In this document: positions 55,420 through 58,067 of the stretch, piece by piece
Layout: each line of letters starts with the position of its first letter
How positions within the stretch are numbered: position 1 is the first letter of the stretch
From: a virus
Taxonomy: Duplodnaviria; Caudoviricetes
Virus record (IMG/VR): IMGVR_UViG_3300031452_000007
Span: 1 to 58,067 of that record
Reading direction: 5' to 3' (one strand)
DNA length: 58,067 bases
The notes under the pieces: model-generated
What the model was told of the DNA's origin: nothing
What the model saw: only the letters and a program-made list of their open reading frames with translations
Databases searched by the model: none
Made by a program: the position numbers and the translations under genes

Positions 55420-55728
55420 TCACGCTGTCCTCTGGATAGGAGCCGGCCTCACACCGCCTCGGTATCCGCTACCGTTTTGTCCGTCAGGTACGATCTCCTC
55501 AGGTGTGAAGATGTCCAAGACCGGACGGCCGAGGACCTCCGCGATACTTGTCGCTTCGGATCGCTGGACCTTTCCCTTGCACGCTCCGTTGCGCACATTG
55601 CGCAAGCGGTCGGGACTGATGCCGGACCTGAACGCGAGCCAGATCCAATTACGCGCGAGTCCGTCTTCGGCCTGCAACGCGACGAAGCGAGCCTCAACGC
55701 GCTCTTTCCAGGCCGGGTGCTGCGTCAT
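55420..55728 (-). CDS. Cro-like HTH protein
   Basis: WLAFRSGISPDRLRNV...IAEVLG; divergent from the repressor; GGAGG RBS. Confidence 0.7.
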   Translation of the reverse strand: MTQHPAWKERVEARFVALQAEDGLARNWIWLAFRSGISPDRLRNVRNGACKGKVQRSEATSIAEVLGRPVLDIFTPEEIVPDGQNGSGYRGGVRPAPIQRTA

Positions 55729-55755
55729 ACTATTTACCCTCCGTATTGTCGATAC

Positions 55756-55813
55756 ATCTACTATCTGTAGATTGTGTCCATATTATAGATGATGTAGACG
55801 TATTGCGCAATAC
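55756..55813 (-). promoter_or_regulatory. early leftward promoter and operator palindromes
   Basis: Minus strand TTGCGC-17-TATAAT (55810-55782); palindromes ATCTAC-N5-GTAGAT (55756-55772) and GTATTGCGCAATAC (55800-55813). Confidence 0.75.
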
Positions 55814-55879
55814 CTAGTCTAAGAACGTAGGATGGGGGTACGGATACGTGGAGGGATAGACGGTGGAGGTGGGGAGTCA

Positions 55880-56407
55880 ATGGCGGATCTTACCAAGGGG
55901 CAGAGGCGCAACGCGCGACTCCTGACGCTCCTGGGGCACATCGCAACGGATGGCGGCCTGGCGCGTTATGGGGAGCCGAGTTTGCCCAAGTTGTCGGAGC
56001 GCGTGACGGAGGCGGAGGTAGCCGCTGGGCGTCGAGAGAAGATGAGCCGCAGTCTCTACCAGGGCATTGAGCGCGGGTCGACACCAGATGCGGACACGCT
56101 CCTTGCCACGGCGCGCTGGGCAAACGTGAATCCACTCACGCTCTTCGAGGCGGCGGGATGGATTGAGCAGGAGGATATTCGCGCGGCCGGTGTGGGGCTA
56201 TCATCCTCTGACGAGCCAGACCTCTACACGCGAGAAGACTACGAGGAGGCGGCTAAGATGCGCGGTGTGCCACCGAATGAGGTGCATCGGATGCTGCATG
56301 ACTTGCGCCGCGTAACCGAGCAATTCGACGCGCTCGTGCAGCGGGCAGAGAGCGAACCAGATAAACAAACTCATCAAGATGGGGAGAGCACGGCGCGAGC
56401 CGGATGA
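55880..56407 (+). CDS. CI-like XRE repressor without a peptidase domain
   Basis: MSRSLYQGIERG.TPD..TL...A...V....LF.AAG. Confidence 0.7.
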   Translation: MADLTKGQRRNARLLTLLGHIATDGGLARYGEPSLPKLSERVTEAEVAAGRREKMSRSLYQGIERGSTPDADTLLATARWANVNPLTLFEAAGWIEQEDIRAAGVGLSSSDEPDLYTREDYEEAAKMRGVPPNEVHRMLHDLRRVTEQFDALVQRAESEPDKQTHQDGESTARAG

Positions 56408-56517
56408 GTAATTCGTAGGTCGCTGGGGTGGCGATCACCCTGTTCATTAGTGCGATATCTTCATCCGTAAATAGATGCTCTGCCATCGTCCCTATCCTCT
56501 AACTACTCCATCAATCT

Positions 56518-56539
56518 AGAACAAGCGTACTATATTATA
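56518..56539 (-). promoter_or_regulatory. LexA-box-like site next to a -10 element
   Basis: AGAAC-AAGC-GTACT (56518-56531); minus strand TATAAT at 56534-56539. Confidence 0.5.
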
Positions 56540-56619
56540 GCCCGACGCGCCATAAGGGAATGGCGCCTTGTCCGCAGCGTATCAAGCATCGAAGGGACTG
56601 GAAAGGGGGCAGATGAGGG

Positions 56620-57852
56620 ATGGCACGCGGTAGCATCCGAAAAAAAGAGGATCGTCCGGCCCGTCCATGGGAAGCGCGCGTTGAGATGTCGGCCGACCCC
56701 ACGACGGGGGCGCGTCAGTCGCGGTCACGCTCGTTTCGTACACGTCGGGAGGCGGAACGGGCGCTGGCTGCGTGGATCGCGGAGATTGACGCCGGTACGG
56801 CGGTGGATCGTTCCCGCGAGACCGTGGCCGGCATGCTCAGAGGGTGGCTTGACGCGACGCGCCCAAACTTACGCCCAAAGACAATTCATCTCTACAGCGA
56901 CACGGTTGAGCGCCGACTGATCCCTCGCCTGGGGCGCGTTCCCGTACAGTCTCTGACACCGGCTATGGTACAGCGTCTATACGCGGCGCTGCTCGCGGAC
57001 GGCGTGAGCGCCTGGGCGGTCGCGGACTGCCACGCGATTCTCGGCCGTGCTCTCAAGCACGCGGTGCGCCTCGAGCTGGTCGCGCGTAACGTCTGTGAGG
57101 CCGTGACACCCCCACGGGCGCCGAAGCGCGAGATGGATGTGTGGGACGCGAGCCAGGCGCGCCGCTTCCTGGCCATCGCTGGAGAGAGCGCCTACGGTCC
57201 CATATGGATGCTCACATTGACCACAGGCATGCGGCGCGGCGAGATCCTGGGCCTGCGGTGGCAGGATATCGACCTACACGCGGGGGCGCTCCAGGTGCGG
57301 CAAACCATTGGACGCGTGGGGTCTGCCCTCCTCGCAGGCACGCCCAAGACGCCCAGCTCACGCAGGGCGATCACGATCTTACCCACGGTCGTCGACGCGC
57401 TACGCGGCCACAAGGCCAGCCAGAACGAACGCCGACTCGCGGCCGGCACCGCATGGACAGACAACGATCTTGTCTTCGCCTCCGAGGTCGGGACGCCGAT
57501 TCAACCCTCTAACCTGCGTCGTGACTTCCTAGCCCTGGCGGCGCGCGCCGGCGTTCCCGCGATCCGCATCCACGACCAGCGCCATACCTACGCGACACTG
57601 GGCCTAGGCTCTGGCGCGCCGCTGCGCACGATCTCCGAGGCGATGGGCCACGCCGACCCCGCGATCACCATGCGGACCTACGCGCACGTCCTCCCCGAGC
57701 ACCGCCGCGAGCTCGCCGCGCGCATGGACGGCGTGTTTTTTGGCCCCAACGACGCGGCGCGTGGGACGGATGCGGGACAGACTGACGCTGCTGAAAGTGA
57801 CGCTTTAGAAAAGAAGAGGGCGCGCACACAAAAAGGCCACGATTCGGGGTGA
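56620..57852 (+). CDS. int: tyrosine integrase
   Basis: GMRRGE (R), PKT (K), HDQRH, GH and TYAH (Y); adjacent to the tRNA 3' end. Confidence 0.95.
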   Translation: MARGSIRKKEDRPARPWEARVEMSADPTTGARQSRSRSFRTRREAERALAAWIAEIDAGTAVDRSRETVAGMLRGWLDATRPNLRPKTIHLYSDTVERRLIPRLGRVPVQSLTPAMVQRLYAALLADGVSAWAVADCHAILGRALKHAVRLELVARNVCEAVTPPRAPKREMDVWDASQARRFLAIAGESAYGPIWMLTLTTGMRRGEILGLRWQDIDLHAGALQVRQTIGRVGSALLAGTPKTPSSRRAITILPTVVDALRGHKASQNERRLAAGTAWTDNDLVFASEVGTPIQPSNLRRDFLALAARAGVPAIRIHDQRHTYATLGLGSGAPLRTISEAMGHADPAITMRTYAHVLPEHRRELAARMDGVFFGPNDAARGTDAGQTDAAESDALEKKRARTQKGHDSG

Positions 57853-57864
57853 ATCATGGCCTTT
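57832..57864. terminator. hairpin between convergent integrase and tRNA
   Basis: AAAGGCCACGATTC / GAATCATGGCCTTT. Confidence 0.6.
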
Positions 57865-57870
57865 CTAGGG

Positions 57871-57943
57871 AGCCGATGGTCGGACTCGAACCGACGACCG
57901 CCCATTTACGAAACGGGTGCTCTACCAACTGAGCTACATCGGC
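57871..57943 (-). tRNA. tRNA-Thr (CGT), integration site
   Basis: GCCGATG/CATCGGC acceptor stem, AGCTCAGTTGGTAGAGC D arm, CCCGT-TTCGTAA-ATGGG anticodon arm, GGTTCGAGTCC T arm; CCA not encoded. Confidence 0.95.
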
Positions 57944-58009
57944 GTCTGGCGTCTGGCATACGGTGTATGCTGTTGCGGGGTTGTGGTTGTCGTGGCGCCA
58001 ACCTTGTGT

Positions 58010-58039
58010 AGTATAGAAAGAGTGGAGCCGATATGTCAA
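58010..58039 (-). promoter_or_regulatory. host tRNA promoter
   Basis: Minus strand TTGACA-18-TATACT. Confidence 0.7.
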
Positions 58040-58067
58040 ACCACGTCGTCAGCGCCGTCGTCGTGGC

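Larger units (their letters stand above)
1..57870. mobile_element. temperate siphovirus-type prophage (left end outside the window or unrecognised)
   Basis: Integrase at a tRNA 3' end; lysogeny, replication, head, tail and lysis modules in canonical order. Confidence 0.9.

Overview
The window holds most of a high-GC temperate siphovirus-type prophage integrated at the 3' end of a host tRNA-Thr(CGT). The right junction is at about 57.87 kb and the left att is not in the window. From right to left the modules are: tyrosine integrase, cI/cro switch, recombination and replication genes, small early genes (including an Acb2/Tad1-like sponge), an ~11 kb conjugation module, an HD-GYP phosphodiesterase and LuxR-type regulator, terminase, portal, protease and HK97 capsid, a long non-contractile tail, a lysis cassette, and accessory genes ending in a partial methyltransferase-nuclease fusion. 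The most striking feature is the conjugation module, which sits inside an otherwise intact-looking virion genome and has no integrase of its own. It carries two pilin-like genes, PrgI/VirB3-, VirB4-, VirB6- and VirD4-like genes, a very small HUH relaxase, a MobC-like gene, a candidate oriT and a primase-like gene, making this a candidate phage-ICE hybrid. Other signals read from the sequence are a six-copy late-promoter-like motif, an over-represented palindrome (CCTCMGCKGAGG), a deleted relic of an older tail cassette, a +1-frame tail chaperone pair and a LexA-box-like site by the repressor. All family assignments come from motif recognition by eye; no database searches were run.
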